Origin: an uncultured Methanosarcinales archaeon
Lineage (GTDB): Archaea; Nanobdellota; Nanobdellia; Woesearchaeales; CAYVYK01
Assembly: GCA_964455675.1 (NCBI GenBank)
Contig: CAYVYK010000001.1
Coordinates: forward strand, 140,463 to 204,462
Reading direction: 5' to 3'
DNA length: 64,000 nt
Shown piece by piece: positions 19,352-29,400 of the stretch. The position numbers and the translations under genes were made by a program. Under the pieces are notes generated by a model. It was not told where the DNA came from and made no database searches. It saw only the letters and a list, made by a program, of their open reading frames with translations. How positions within the stretch are numbered: the first letter of the stretch is position 1; each line of letters opens with the position of its first letter.

Positions 19352-19855
19352 ATGAGGCGCGGCCAGACTGCGATGGAGTACATCGCGAATTATGGATGGG
19401 TGGTTTTGGTTGCGATTATAGTTATAATCGCCCTGCATAAGTATGGGATATTTGACATTGGGGAGTCGGCTGTGCAGGGTTTCGCGGCGTTTGATGATCC
19501 GGTGTTTAGGGTTCTTGACTATAAAGCAGCAAACCATCTGGTGGGTGGTTCAAATGTGGTTCTTGTTGTGTTCAATAATCACGTGCAGAACTGCCAGATC
19601 ATCCAGGGGGATATCATCCTGACTGGCGAGGATGGTGTTGCGTGCACCGCTGTGAAGGAGAATGATGTGCCAGCAAGCGGAGATACTGTTCTCCTGCTGC
19701 GAGGCGAGGAGGGGATTTGGGAGTGGAATTGTCCCCAGATTATCGGAGCAAGTAGGGGCAGTGCGTGGATGGCAAATTTTGAGATGGAATATCAGGCGCA
19801 GAACGACCAGGTTCGTCACACCCTTCGTGGCGCTCTAAAGGCAAAACTCGAGTGA
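19352..19855 (+). CDS. Class III signal-peptide (pilin-like) protein
   Basis: MRRG|QTAMEYIANYGWVVLVAIIVIIAL, the QxAMEY..xYGW pilin-like N-terminus. Confidence 0.88.
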   Translation: MRRGQTAMEYIANYGWVVLVAIIVIIALHKYGIFDIGESAVQGFAAFDDPVFRVLDYKAANHLVGGSNVVLVVFNNHVQNCQIIQGDIILTGEDGVACTAVKENDVPASGDTVLLLRGEEGIWEWNCPQIIGASRGSAWMANFEMEYQAQNDQVRHTLRGALKAKLE

Positions 19856-19897
19856 CGAGGTTAAACATTTATAAATCGGCCGTGTTTTTATTCTCGT

Positions 19898-20977
19898 ATG
19901 GGGAAAGGTATTGATGAGCGGCTTGCTCTCATTGGAGAGGTTGGTGAAGAGATACTGACGCATGAGGAATTGAAGGCCCTTCTGGAATCAAATGATCATC
20001 CGATTGCGTATGATGGTTTTGAGCCTTCAGGCAGGATTCATATCGCCCAAGGCTTGCTTCGCGCATTGAACGTAAACAAAATGACATCGGCCGGATGCAG
20101 GTTTAAGATGTGGGTGGCTGATTGGCATGCGTGGGCGAACAACAAGATGGACGGGGATCTTGAGAGAATCCGTAAAGTGGGAGAGTATTTTATCGAGGTG
20201 TGGAAAGCATCGGGGATGGATCTTGATAAGGTTGAGTTTCTTTGGGTGAGTGATTGTATCGAGAATCAGGAGTATTGGCAGAAGGTTATGCAGGTGGCAA
20301 GGCATACAACGCTTCAGCGGGCTCTTCGAACAACCCAGATCATGGGGCGTTCAGAGAAGGATTCTTTGCAGGCATCACAGATTCTCTATCCGTGTATGCA
20401 GGCTGCTGATATTTTTCATCTTGACGTTGACATCTGCCAGCTTGGTATGGACCAGCGAAAGGTAAACGTGCTCGCTCGTGAACTTGCACCAAAGATGGGA
20501 TGGAAAAAACCCGTTGCTGTGCATCACCACATGTTGATGGGCCTCGAAAAGCCACCATTGATTGATGATCCTCTTGAGCGCGCATTGAAAATGAAGATGT
20601 CTAAGTCCCGTCCTGATTCTGCAGTGTTTATGACGGATAGCGAATCAGATATTAGGCGAAAGATCCAGAAAGCGTACTGCCCAGAAAAGCAGATTGAGGA
20701 GAATCCAGTTCTTGAGTACTGCAGATACCTTATTTTCGAAAAGAAGGAATGCTTGGAGATCAAACGTCCTGAGAAATTTGGTGGCAATGTCTCCTTTGAG
20801 TCATACAAAAAACTGGAGCAGGAATTCGAGAAGGGTAGCGTCCATCCAATGGATGTGAAGAACGCGGTTGCTGGTGAGATAGAGGCAATGATTCGCCCCG
20901 TCCGTGAACATTTCGAGAAGAATGCACGTGCGCGGAAGATGCGAGAGGAAATTGAGTCATTCAAAGTGACAAGGTAG
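19898..20977 (+). CDS. tyrS: Tyrosine--tRNA ligase (archaeal/eukaryotic type)
   Basis: YDGFEPSGRIHIAQG, YPCMQAAD, GMDQRK, KMSKS. Confidence 0.97.
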   Translation: MGKGIDERLALIGEVGEEILTHEELKALLESNDHPIAYDGFEPSGRIHIAQGLLRALNVNKMTSAGCRFKMWVADWHAWANNKMDGDLERIRKVGEYFIEVWKASGMDLDKVEFLWVSDCIENQEYWQKVMQVARHTTLQRALRTTQIMGRSEKDSLQASQILYPCMQAADIFHLDVDICQLGMDQRKVNVLARELAPKMGWKKPVAVHHHMLMGLEKPPLIDDPLERALKMKMSKSRPDSAVFMTDSESDIRRKIQKAYCPEKQIEENPVLEYCRYLIFEKKECLEIKRPEKFGGNVSFESYKKLEQEFEKGSVHPMDVKNAVAGEIEAMIRPVREHFEKNARARKMREEIESFKVTR

Positions 20978-20980
20978 TCC

Positions 20981-22054
20981 ATGGATTCTGAGTACAGAAA
21001 GAGGCTGGGGAGACTTCGCAAGTTCTGTGAAAAGTGTAGCAGTGATGCCGTCGTAATTATGGACCTGAAGGGGAGTGGTGACTATCCATCCCTAAAGTAT
21101 TTTTCAGGGTATGCTGGTGCCGGATTTCTGGTCATGGACAGAGGGAGGTGCGTTCTCTTTGTGCCGAAGATGGAGCTCGCGGCAGCAAGAGTAACAGGGA
21201 TTGAAGCGCAGGTATGGGATGCAAATGATCCTGTTGAGGCGATATGTCTTCTGCTAAAAGACAGGACAGGGGTGCTTTTGGATTTTTCCGGCATCAGCGC
21301 ATCAGTGTACTTGAAGATGAAGAAGATTTTGCGAGGAGCAAGGATTCAGAATTGTTCTCCATTCATCCAGGAATTGCGTTCGGTGAAGAGCAGTAGAGAG
21401 ATTATCCTTATGAAGAAAAGTGCAAAGATAGCATCACAGATTCTGACGGCAATGATGAGTAGGTTCAAGGAGTTTAAGACAGAAGCAGATGTTGTGGCAT
21501 TTCTTGCGTATGAAACACACAAACATGGTTGCTCATTCGCGTTTCCGCCAATTGTTGCATCAGGTGTTCACAGCGCATTGCCTCATTATCGCCCTTCCGG
21601 CAGTACCTTGCTGAAAGGATTTTGTGTGATAGACTTTGGTGTGCAGTACAGGGGATATTGCTCGGACATTTCACGCACGGTATTTATTGGATCGCCGACC
21701 AAGAGAGATAAGGAGATTTATAACCGCGTGCTTGGTGCACAGGAAGCTGCAATTGATACCTGTCATGAGGGGGTATGCGCAAGTGATCTTCTTTCATGCG
21801 CACGTGCGGCGTTAGGGAATTTACAGGAGAAATTCATTCACGGTCTTGGTCATGGTGTAGGGCTAGAAGTGCATGAGATGCCGAGTTTGCATGGAAAGTA
21901 CATACTGCAAAGGGGCATGGTTATTACAATTGAGCCCGGGGTGTACATTCAAGGCAAGGGCGGGGTTCGTATCGAGGACGATCTCTATGTAGGGAAGAGG
22001 AGATCCGTAGTGTTGAGTACAGTAACAAAATCCTTTACCGTGATTCCGCGTTGA
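20981..22054 (+). CDS. pepQ: Xaa-Pro aminopeptidase/prolidase (M24B)
   Basis: IDFG...YCSDISRT, HGLGHGVGLEVHE, TIEPGVY, GVRIEDD. Confidence 0.93.
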   Translation: MDSEYRKRLGRLRKFCEKCSSDAVVIMDLKGSGDYPSLKYFSGYAGAGFLVMDRGRCVLFVPKMELAAARVTGIEAQVWDANDPVEAICLLLKDRTGVLLDFSGISASVYLKMKKILRGARIQNCSPFIQELRSVKSSREIILMKKSAKIASQILTAMMSRFKEFKTEADVVAFLAYETHKHGCSFAFPPIVASGVHSALPHYRPSGSTLLKGFCVIDFGVQYRGYCSDISRTVFIGSPTKRDKEIYNRVLGAQEAAIDTCHEGVCASDLLSCARAALGNLQEKFIHGLGHGVGLEVHEMPSLHGKYILQRGMVITIEPGVYIQGKGGVRIEDDLYVGKRRSVVLSTVTKSFTVIPR

Positions 22055-22119
22055 AACACCGTCGGAAAAGTTAGGTCAAAAGCAAAAACTTTAAATAAGC
22101 ACGATCACTCGTAGTAAGG

Positions 22120-23268
22120 ATGAGTTCAGAGGACAAAGCGGACAAAATCGAGCAGGTCGTCTATGGGTATGCCACAAACGTGACGCCGCTCGAGGAAGAG
22201 AACCGCCTTCTTAAGGAGACTGTTGAGAACCTGAAGATTGAGCTTGGAAGGTTTAAGAAGAACCCTTTGATGGTTTGTGAGGTCTCAGAGATCACGGATG
22301 AGGGGGCGATCATTCGTATTCCGAATGGAAATTCTTTTCTTGTGAATATTGCTTCCGAATGTAAGGATTTGCGTGCGGGCGATTGGGTTGTTGCTGAACA
22401 GAAGAATCTGACCGTCATCAGGAGAATCAACAGCAGCAAGAAGTTTGATGTTGAAAAGTTTGTGATTGTGAGAAAGCCAGATAGTTCTTGGGCGGATATT
22501 GGTGGCCTTGATCAGCAGATTCAGGAGATTAAGGAAGTCATCGAGATCCCGATGCTCAAACCAGAATTGTTCAGGAAAGTGGGTATTCAACCGCCAAAAG
22601 GAATTCTCTTGTATGGAGAGCCTGGAACGGGGAAGACGATTCTGGCTAAAGCCGTTGCGGCTTCGACAAATTCCACGTTTATTGAGGTCATTGGTTCCGA
22701 GCTTATTCAGAAGTTCATTGGTGAAGGCGCAAAGCTGATCAAGGAGATATTCCAGCTGGCGAGGGAACGCGCGCCTGCTATCATCTTTATTGATGAGCTT
22801 GACGCTCTCGCGGCTACGCGCGTTGAAATAGGGACATCAGGCGAGCGCGAGGTGCAGCGGACATTTATGCAGCTGCTTGCGGAAATTGACGGATTCAAGC
22901 CACTGGGGAATGTGAAGATTATCGGATGCACAAATCGCAGAGAAATCCTTGATCCGGCGATAACGAGGCCAGGTAGGCTCGACAGGCTCATCAGGGTTCC
23001 TCTGCCTGACGACAAGGGTCGAGCTGAGATATTCAACATTCATACGAAAGCAATGAAGTTGGAAAAGAAGGTGGATAAGGCGGAGATTGTGCTGAAGATG
23101 AAGGGGATGTCTGGTGCTGAAATAAGGGCGGTATGCACTGAAGCAGGGTATTTCGCGATTCGCGAGAACAGGTACATTGTTGACCAGCAGGATTTCTTAA
23201 AGGGTATTGAGAAGGTCAGGCGCGAAGAGGCCGCAGAGGGAAATGATTATCTTCGCATGTTTGGTTGA
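22120..23268 (+). CDS. pan: Proteasome-activating nucleotidase
   Basis: N-terminal coiled coil and OB domain, GEPGTGKT, KFIGEG pore loop, IFIDELD, RPGRLDR, C-terminal MFG. Confidence 0.95.
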   Translation: MSSEDKADKIEQVVYGYATNVTPLEEENRLLKETVENLKIELGRFKKNPLMVCEVSEITDEGAIIRIPNGNSFLVNIASECKDLRAGDWVVAEQKNLTVIRRINSSKKFDVEKFVIVRKPDSSWADIGGLDQQIQEIKEVIEIPMLKPELFRKVGIQPPKGILLYGEPGTGKTILAKAVAASTNSTFIEVIGSELIQKFIGEGAKLIKEIFQLARERAPAIIFIDELDALAATRVEIGTSGEREVQRTFMQLLAEIDGFKPLGNVKIIGCTNRREILDPAITRPGRLDRLIRVPLPDDKGRAEIFNIHTKAMKLEKKVDKAEIVLKMKGMSGAEIRAVCTEAGYFAIRENRYIVDQQDFLKGIEKVRREEAAEGNDYLRMFG

Positions 23269-23271
23269 GGG

Positions 23272-23589
23272 TTAGCATTCATCGTCGTGATCTTCTATAG
23301 GGAAATCTTCATCCATGCGCACGTATGCTATTCCAACGACGAGGAGTGGTGGAATTGCTGCTCCAATTGCTGCGCCATATCCGATATGGTCGGAATTTCC
23401 TGAGAACGCGTAGACGATACATCCTATCGCAGCACCAAGGCCCGCCCCGAGGGACATGCCTCCAGCGGCAGCGACTGCGTAAGTATCCAAATGTTGCCCG
23501 ATTTCATCTGGAGATGCCGAAGAATGATCTGGTCTAATTTGTGCTGACGATTCCCGAACTAGATCATGGAGTTTGTCAGCGGGATCCAT
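23272..23589 (-). CDS. Small membrane protein with glycine-zipper-like helices
   Basis: AAAGGMSLGAGLGAAIG and GYGAAIGAAI; TATA-like sequence about 25 nt upstream. Confidence 0.7.
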   Translation of the reverse strand: MDPADKLHDLVRESSAQIRPDHSSASPDEIGQHLDTYAVAAAGGMSLGAGLGAAIGCIVYAFSGNSDHIGYGAAIGAAIPPLLVVGIAYVRMDEDFPIEDHDDEC

Positions 23590-23640
23590 GCTGATGGGCA
23601 GGCGAGCGTGCTATATAATGGTTTCTTGGTATTGAGAAGA

Positions 23641-23707
23641 GTGTGCTCATGAGTTACATCCGTTCATCATCCGGTTGTCAGTGGGTGTTCATCCAATCAT
23701 CGCACAC
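23641..23707 (-). ncRNA. Box C/D methylation guide sRNA
   Basis: Terminal stem GTGTGC/GCACAC, C box GCGATGA, D' CTGA, C' ATGATGA, D ATGA, two guides of 13-15 nt, TATA-like TTTTAATA upstream. Confidence 0.8.
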
Positions 23708-23737
23708 AGAAAGGTATTGGCGGCGTATTATTAAAAC

Positions 23738-23845
23738 CTATCCTTGCAGAACATACCATCGCGCAAATGGCCAGAGTATGAGACCGAGGATTAGTGAGAT
23801 GATGACAAGGAGGATAGTCATGATAAGTGGCTTAACGCTTTCCAT
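23738..23845 (-). CDS. 35-aa single-TM peptide
   Basis: Hand translation MESVKPLIMTILLVIISLILGLILWPFARWYVLQG; overlaps the stop of the upstream gene. Confidence 0.55.
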   Translation of the reverse strand: MESVKPLIMTILLVIISLILGLILWPFARWYVLQG

Positions 23846-24149
23846 GGGTATCACGGTGGTGGAATCGTTCGAGTTCTGAGAGCAGGACATAAATGAAGAG
23901 TGCTATCATGGCCATCTCGAAAAAGCCATTCCACACACGGGGGGTCTGCAGAACTCCGTTGCTGCGAAGGATAGTGAGGATCTCTTCAAGGACATAGATG
24001 ACGAAAGCAGTAAAGAGGAGCACCCATGGTTTGACAATATCCCATTTTTTTGATACCTTGAAGAGTTGCAGAAAGAAGAATAGGACGATGACGGAGAGTA
24101 TGAGGTTGTAGAATGGTGCCACAGCCCCAAGGCACTGCCCAAAGCTCAT
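23832..24149 (-). CDS. Small 3-TM membrane protein
   Basis: Three hydrophobic helices; similar to the upstream gene; ATGA overlap. Confidence 0.8.
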   Translation of the reverse strand: MSFGQCLGAVAPFYNLILSVIVLFFFLQLFKVSKKWDIVKPWVLLFTAFVIYVLEEILTILRSNGVLQTPRVWNGFFEMAMIALFIYVLLSELERFHHRDTHGKR

Positions 24150-24442
24150 CGTGATGCCTCTCGGAGCCGTATCTCGAGGTACAGCGCATACATCATGACT
24201 GCGAGGATGATGCCCGGAAGGAAATGAGTGATGAACGGACTTTCATAGATGCCAAATGAGCGCAGCGCTCCAAAGATGAGTACCGCATCAAATAGGATGA
24301 GTGCAACAAGCAGCACCTTGAATGGTTTGATCTCCTTTCTCTGGTATTGGTAGAAGAGTACGATCGCAAGGAAGAATGCCACCAGCGAGAGGAACAGGTT
24401 CGCGATCTGGAACACGCCCTCTGCGTACGACAGGTCAATCAT
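24146..24442 (-). CDS. Small 3-TM membrane protein
   Basis: Three hydrophobic helices; TATA about 23 nt upstream. Confidence 0.8.
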   Translation of the reverse strand: MIDLSYAEGVFQIANLFLSLVAFFLAIVLFYQYQRKEIKPFKVLLVALILFDAVLIFGALRSFGIYESPFITHFLPGIILAVMMYALYLEIRLREASR

Positions 24443-24485
24443 GAGTCATCCTGGGAAAATGGTCTATTTAAACATTTGGGTGACG

Positions 24486-25337
24486 TCAGAAGAGGAAAGG
24501 AGTGATGAATACTTCGACAAGTGCAGCAACGACGAGAAGCGCGAGGGAGATAAGCACGAGATCTGAGCAATCAAGCAGGATCTTTTCGAATTTTTTTGTT
24601 GCGAGGTCATGTTTGACAAGCGCCATTGAGATTATTCCCCCAGCAAGCCCGGCGACAAAGTATGCGGCAATCTCGATGATACCGTGCAGAAAGTATCGCA
24701 TGAACGCGATTGGTAGGATGTGAAAGTATCCCCACGCTTTGATGAGACCGGTGAGGGATGCATAGGCAGCGAATTTGTTGCGGAAGAAATTGCCGATGGC
24801 TGCTCCGATGACAGATGCATTCCATATGAGTATGAAGATGGCCCCAAGTCCGTACACGAATGCGAAGAGAATGCAGAAGATCATAACCTTGACATTGTTG
24901 GTGAAAATGGTGACAAGATGGCTCCATTGCTGTATGGCGTTTCCAGTTGTGCGTGAATTGATATTGACAATGGTTTCCGTCTGCACTTCAAAGAGCAGGC
25001 TGGTTTTTGCGGCGGGAAGGAGGATATACCAGAGTGAATAGGAGAGTGTGACTCCAACAAAAAGAAAGAGCAGAAACCAGATGGCGCGTGTGTGCTGTGT
25101 GAGGATGGCGCGCTCGTCATCGTACTCTAGGTCTTTAGTCTCTTCGAGGCGCATTGTCTGAAATACCAGCGGTGTGCACGCGAGTGTTGTTAGGAATACC
25201 ATGACAAGGCTTGAGTAAGATTCGAATATCCAAAGGCTGAGGAGAATTGCGACGGAAGAGTAAAGGAGGCCAAGCCAGAAGAGGTCCCAGGGTTTTTTTT
25301 CAGCAACAACTGGGTTGATGAGGGATTCTAAAACCAT
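24486..25337 (-). CDS. SpoIIM/DUF95-family membrane protein
   Basis: IFTNNVKV, LIWNASVIG, HGIIEIAAYFVAGLAG, AALVEVFITP. Start MVLESL at 25337. Confidence 0.88.
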   Translation of the reverse strand: MVLESLINPVVAEKKPWDLFWLGLLYSSVAILLSLWIFESYSSLVMVFLTTLACTPLVFQTMRLEETKDLEYDDERAILTQHTRAIWFLLFLFVGVTLSYSLWYILLPAAKTSLLFEVQTETIVNINSRTTGNAIQQWSHLVTIFTNNVKVMIFCILFAFVYGLGAIFILIWNASVIGAAIGNFFRNKFAAYASLTGLIKAWGYFHILPIAFMRYFLHGIIEIAAYFVAGLAGGIISMALVKHDLATKKFEKILLDCSDLVLISLALLVVAALVEVFITPFLF

Positions 25338-25481
25338 ACTTCTACCGAAAAGAACTCTGTTTAAATAATTTGTTAAAAAAGATGGGTCATTCTCACACAA
25401 GAGAAGCCGGTTGAGATGATCTGAGTGATATGGTGTCACACGAGCAATACCTTTAAAAACGCCCTGTAGTTCTTTAGGGTC

Positions 25482-25895
25482 ATGGATGAATATGAACAGA
25501 TGCTTGAGGCGGGTCGTGCGAACTTGCCAAAATCCGTGTTTGAGCGTGAGCGGTTCGAGATACCGAAAGTACGTGGCCACATTCAGGGTAGTAGGACTAT
25601 TGTGGGGAATTTGGTGCAGATTGCTGGAGTCTTGCGTAGGCCAGTGGACCACTTTATGAAGTACATTCTTAAGGAGCTTGCAACCCCGGGAGAAATAAAG
25701 AGCAATCAGACAGTTATCCTTGGTAGTAAGGTTCCTGCATCTCGCATTAATGAGAAAATCCGCAAATATGCAGAGGAGTTTGTTCTCTGTAAGGAGTGCG
25801 GAAAACCTGACACAAATATTGAGCAGGAAGGTGATTTTGCCTTTCTGAAATGCCAGGTGTGCGGCGCAAAGCACGCGGTAAAATCACGGATATGA
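25482..25895 (+). CDS. eif2b: Translation initiation factor aIF-2 beta subunit
   Basis: ERFEIP, KELATPG, CKECGKPDT...CQVCGA zinc ribbon. Confidence 0.96.
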   Translation: MDEYEQMLEAGRANLPKSVFERERFEIPKVRGHIQGSRTIVGNLVQIAGVLRRPVDHFMKYILKELATPGEIKSNQTVILGSKVPASRINEKIRKYAEEFVLCKECGKPDTNIEQEGDFAFLKCQVCGAKHAVKSRI

Positions 25896-25905
25896 CTTTA
25901 GTATC

Positions 25906-26205
25906 ATGGCATTCATCAAGATTCACACATCGAGATATTGGAGAAAGACAGTTGGCATGTGTGACGACGAAGTGCTGGGAAAAGAGTTTGTTGAAGGGAA
26001 GAAGTGCCTCAAGGTTCATCCCGAGTTCTATCAGGGTTTTCGTGCGTCTGACGAGGACATTGTTCGTCATGCAAAGCAGTCATACATGATCAATGCAGTG
26101 GGTCACAAGGTTATTGATATCCTAGTTCAGGCAGGAATAGTTCACAAGTCGGACATTCAGTGGATTGAGGGTGTCCCGTACGTTCAGGTATTATTTGAGA
26201 TGTGA
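25906..26205 (+). CDS. DUF424-family protein
   Basis: VGMCDDEVLGKEF...FYQG...INAVG...IEGVPYVQ; usual position beside aIF-2beta. Confidence 0.88.
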   Translation: MAFIKIHTSRYWRKTVGMCDDEVLGKEFVEGKKCLKVHPEFYQGFRASDEDIVRHAKQSYMINAVGHKVIDILVQAGIVHKSDIQWIEGVPYVQVLFEM

Positions 26206-26474
26206 GCATGATAGTTCAGCAGAGGATAGTTTTTCAGGGAAAAGTGCAGGGAATTGGTTTTCGCTATCGGTTCAAGCAAAAAGCTGAGGCTCTCGGTGTT
26301 AAGGGTCAGGTTCAGAATATGGGCTCTGATAAGGTTCAGGCTATAGTGTGTGGTGAGGATGGATTGGTTCAGGAGCTCGTGGAGTATGCTCAGCGTATGC
26401 CCGCGGCAAGCGTTGATAGGGTCCGGATCACTGCGGAGCCGGTCGGATCTTGGGATGGATTTCGCATGGCTTAG
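26202..26474 (+). CDS. acyP: Acylphosphatase
   Basis: GKVQGIGFR and GVKGQVQN motifs. Start 26202 or 26208. Confidence 0.92.
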   Translation: MSMIVQQRIVFQGKVQGIGFRYRFKQKAEALGVKGQVQNMGSDKVQAIVCGEDGLVQELVEYAQRMPAASVDRVRITAEPVGSWDGFRMA

Positions 26475-29400
26475 CCAAACCACTTTCCGAGGCCTTCTTG
26501 CTTTTCCTTGTCTCTTCCGAACATGCTTTCGATGCGGTCCTGTGTGAGTTCGAGCGACTGCTTGAGGTATGCTGGAAGATTGTATTTTCTCGAGATGGAA
26601 AGTGAAGGCTCAAGATACTTCAGTACGGATCCTTGAGCGACGGTAAAGAGTAATTTGCCACCGCAAGCGGTGCATTTACCAATGATGGGCGGCCTTCGGT
26701 AGCTTGCGTTGCAGTCTACACACCGGAAGGCCTGGGTCGAAAATTTCCTTAGGTTTCCTCTGATGTCCTTGATGAAATGTTTTTCGATGACAAGCCGTGC
26801 AACGTCATGCTCATCAACGGCGCGTATCATCTCAGCCAGTATCATCTGTCCTTCGAGTTTTTCTTGCATGGAAGGGAGTAGCTTGTACGCTGAGCAGAGC
26901 ACACCCTTGTTGATATCCTCCGTGTCGTGAGTGAATCCAAACCCCTCATACTGTCCTGGTGTTTTTAGTCGTTCCTTGACCTGTGGTATCTTGACGTCCC
27001 ATGGCTTCTTGTATGAGAGGCATGCGTGATAGAATTCGATCGGGTATTGATAGGAGACATCCATATCAAATACCATATCATCGATTTCAGTCGTGACAAG
27101 TCGCCCAGTAAGGACGAGTGGTGCGTCCTGTGTCGATCCTCGATGCGCAGGGAGGAAGTGCCGTGAGAAGTTGAGAAGGGCATCCATAAGAAGGATGACA
27201 CATGCCTCATCCCCATCGCAGTCTCGCCGCGTTGCTGCATGGATCATGGGTGATGCGAGTAGGCCTTGCATTGCAGAAAACCCGATGACTCTGCAGACGA
27301 TGCCTGCAGATGTATGGGGGGCAAGTGCCATGACGAGCACACCGATGAGGTCCTTTGGGGTTTTGCAGCGGTAGTACGCTGGGGCGTCATAGAATTTTTC
27401 GAGGAGCTCATCGACGAACTGTGCGATCCGCAAAAGTATAACGTCTGCTCCCGCATCCGGCGCGTTTTCACATCGTGGTAGAATAATGTCCTGGGGAAGC
27501 AACTCAAGGATCTGCGTGTCTTGTGTTAATGGGGATCCGTGAATGTCATGAGTGTATCCCATCTCGACGAGGCGTTCAACTCCTGTCCCTATTTCCAGCG
27601 GCTTGAAGTGCGTGATGGGCAGTTGTGTCATATCATAGCGGATCGTGCCGTCCTTGTTGACATACACATCATGTTTCGCTCGGAGAAGTGGCTTTGCGAG
27701 ATGCTCCGGAGTGTGGTCTTTGTTTGATGTTCCTCGTACCCCTTTGACAAGTTCAGGAAGCACGTTCATGCCAAGCTTGTGCATGACTTTAGTGATGTGG
27801 AGAGTGATATCAATTTCCTGATTCTTGTAGTGCGCGCACGGCCCGTGCTGCTTGCACACCGTCTCATCCTTAAGCCCGCAGTATTTACAGACATACTTTC
27901 TTTTTGCGGGCTTGTCGCACACCTCACACATGGGAAAAATTGTTTCCTTACCGCAGGATTCGCAGACAAAGACCGGGAAGTCTCCTGTGATCTTTTTCTT
28001 GCCAAGTGCTGCCTGGAATGATCGAAGTCTCCCGCCTTCTGTGCCGACAGGAAAGAGGCCGTGCGGTGATCCGGTAAGTTGACGCTGCTTGCCCTTTTCA
28101 GGTCGCCCCATACGGGCTCCAACAAAGATTCCTGACTTGTCGCGGAGCTGCACATCAGCAATCTTATTGACGAGCTCCAGGCCGTTCGTGGTAGAGGCTT
28201 GATGTTCAAGAGCAGATAGTTTGCTCCTCGCAAGGTCATAATTCATGTAGAGCCCAAGGGAGATGAGGAACGCTGATGCATAGTCTTTCTCGATGACAGC
28301 ATATTGGTTACTGATGACCTTGTGCGGGATACCGATGAGTTCTAATGCGTTCTTATGGATGCTTGGAAGTGGCAGCACAATTTTTTCGCACTCTGTTCCT
28401 TCAAGGATGACTTCCGCGTGTTCCATCCAAATAAGGATACCAACGATCGCGTCGGGAGTGATTTCCTTCCAGTGATAGGTATACCAGGGGTGGAGTGGTA
28501 TGGACAGTTGGCGTGCAAGGAGGAATGATTCTCTGAGCGCTGGTCGCATGGTGAGTGGATTATGCCAGATCCGGTCGAGAGCCTCGTTGGAAACTCCGCT
28601 TATTATTGATGCAGATGCTATCATTGCATTAGTGGTTGTAGGTGCGTTGGGTAGTTTCTTTACGGCCGCTTCAAGTTCCTGTATCCAGAATTCAGGGCAG
28701 TACCCTGGGGGCAGGAGTGTGCTTGCTCGGTTGAAGAAATCACCATAGCTAATGAGGATGTCGCCAAGATAGAGTATTTTGCTGATTTGGTCTTTTAGTT
28801 TACGTAATTCTGTCTCGGATTCTGCTCGTAGTACGGATCCATCGTGCAGTTTGATGATCGGGCCTTCGATTGTTGTACAGCTTGTCATCGATGCTGCCTT
28901 TCCAGGTCGCTCAAGCTTAAGCTGCGAGCCAAGGGCGATGTAATCCCTGAGAGCGACCATGGTTGCCGGATGGATTGAGCATGCAGAGTATCCAGACACC
29001 CTCGATCTTCCGTAGCGGAGACGAAATCCTCCTGAAGCGAGGGGATACGTGAGCACAGGCCGTCCAGCGACAAGGTCCTTGATAAAGGTGTAGTCTGGTG
29101 TGAGGGTGAACGTTTCTGACTTCGATGATTTTCCTTTTGACTTGATTGTTTTTTGGATTGCGAGGAACTCTTCAAGGAATGCCCAGTGGGCTAGGCCAAA
29201 GTCAGCCCCCCATTTGGAGAGCTGCTTCCAGAGTTTTGGTGCTTTCTGTGCAATACCCTCGCCAACGACGAGACACACTCCGTTTCGTATTTGGTTTGTG
29301 GGTATACGCGGAAGATCCTTGTAGTTGGAAACCTCGATGACTTCTGATGGATCTCCGCTTATTTGTACTGGAATTCTACCGATGAGGTATTCGATTTCCT

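Noticed and set aside
25338..25874. N-terminal extension of the SpoIIM-like ORF
   Set aside because: Antisense shadow of eif2b.
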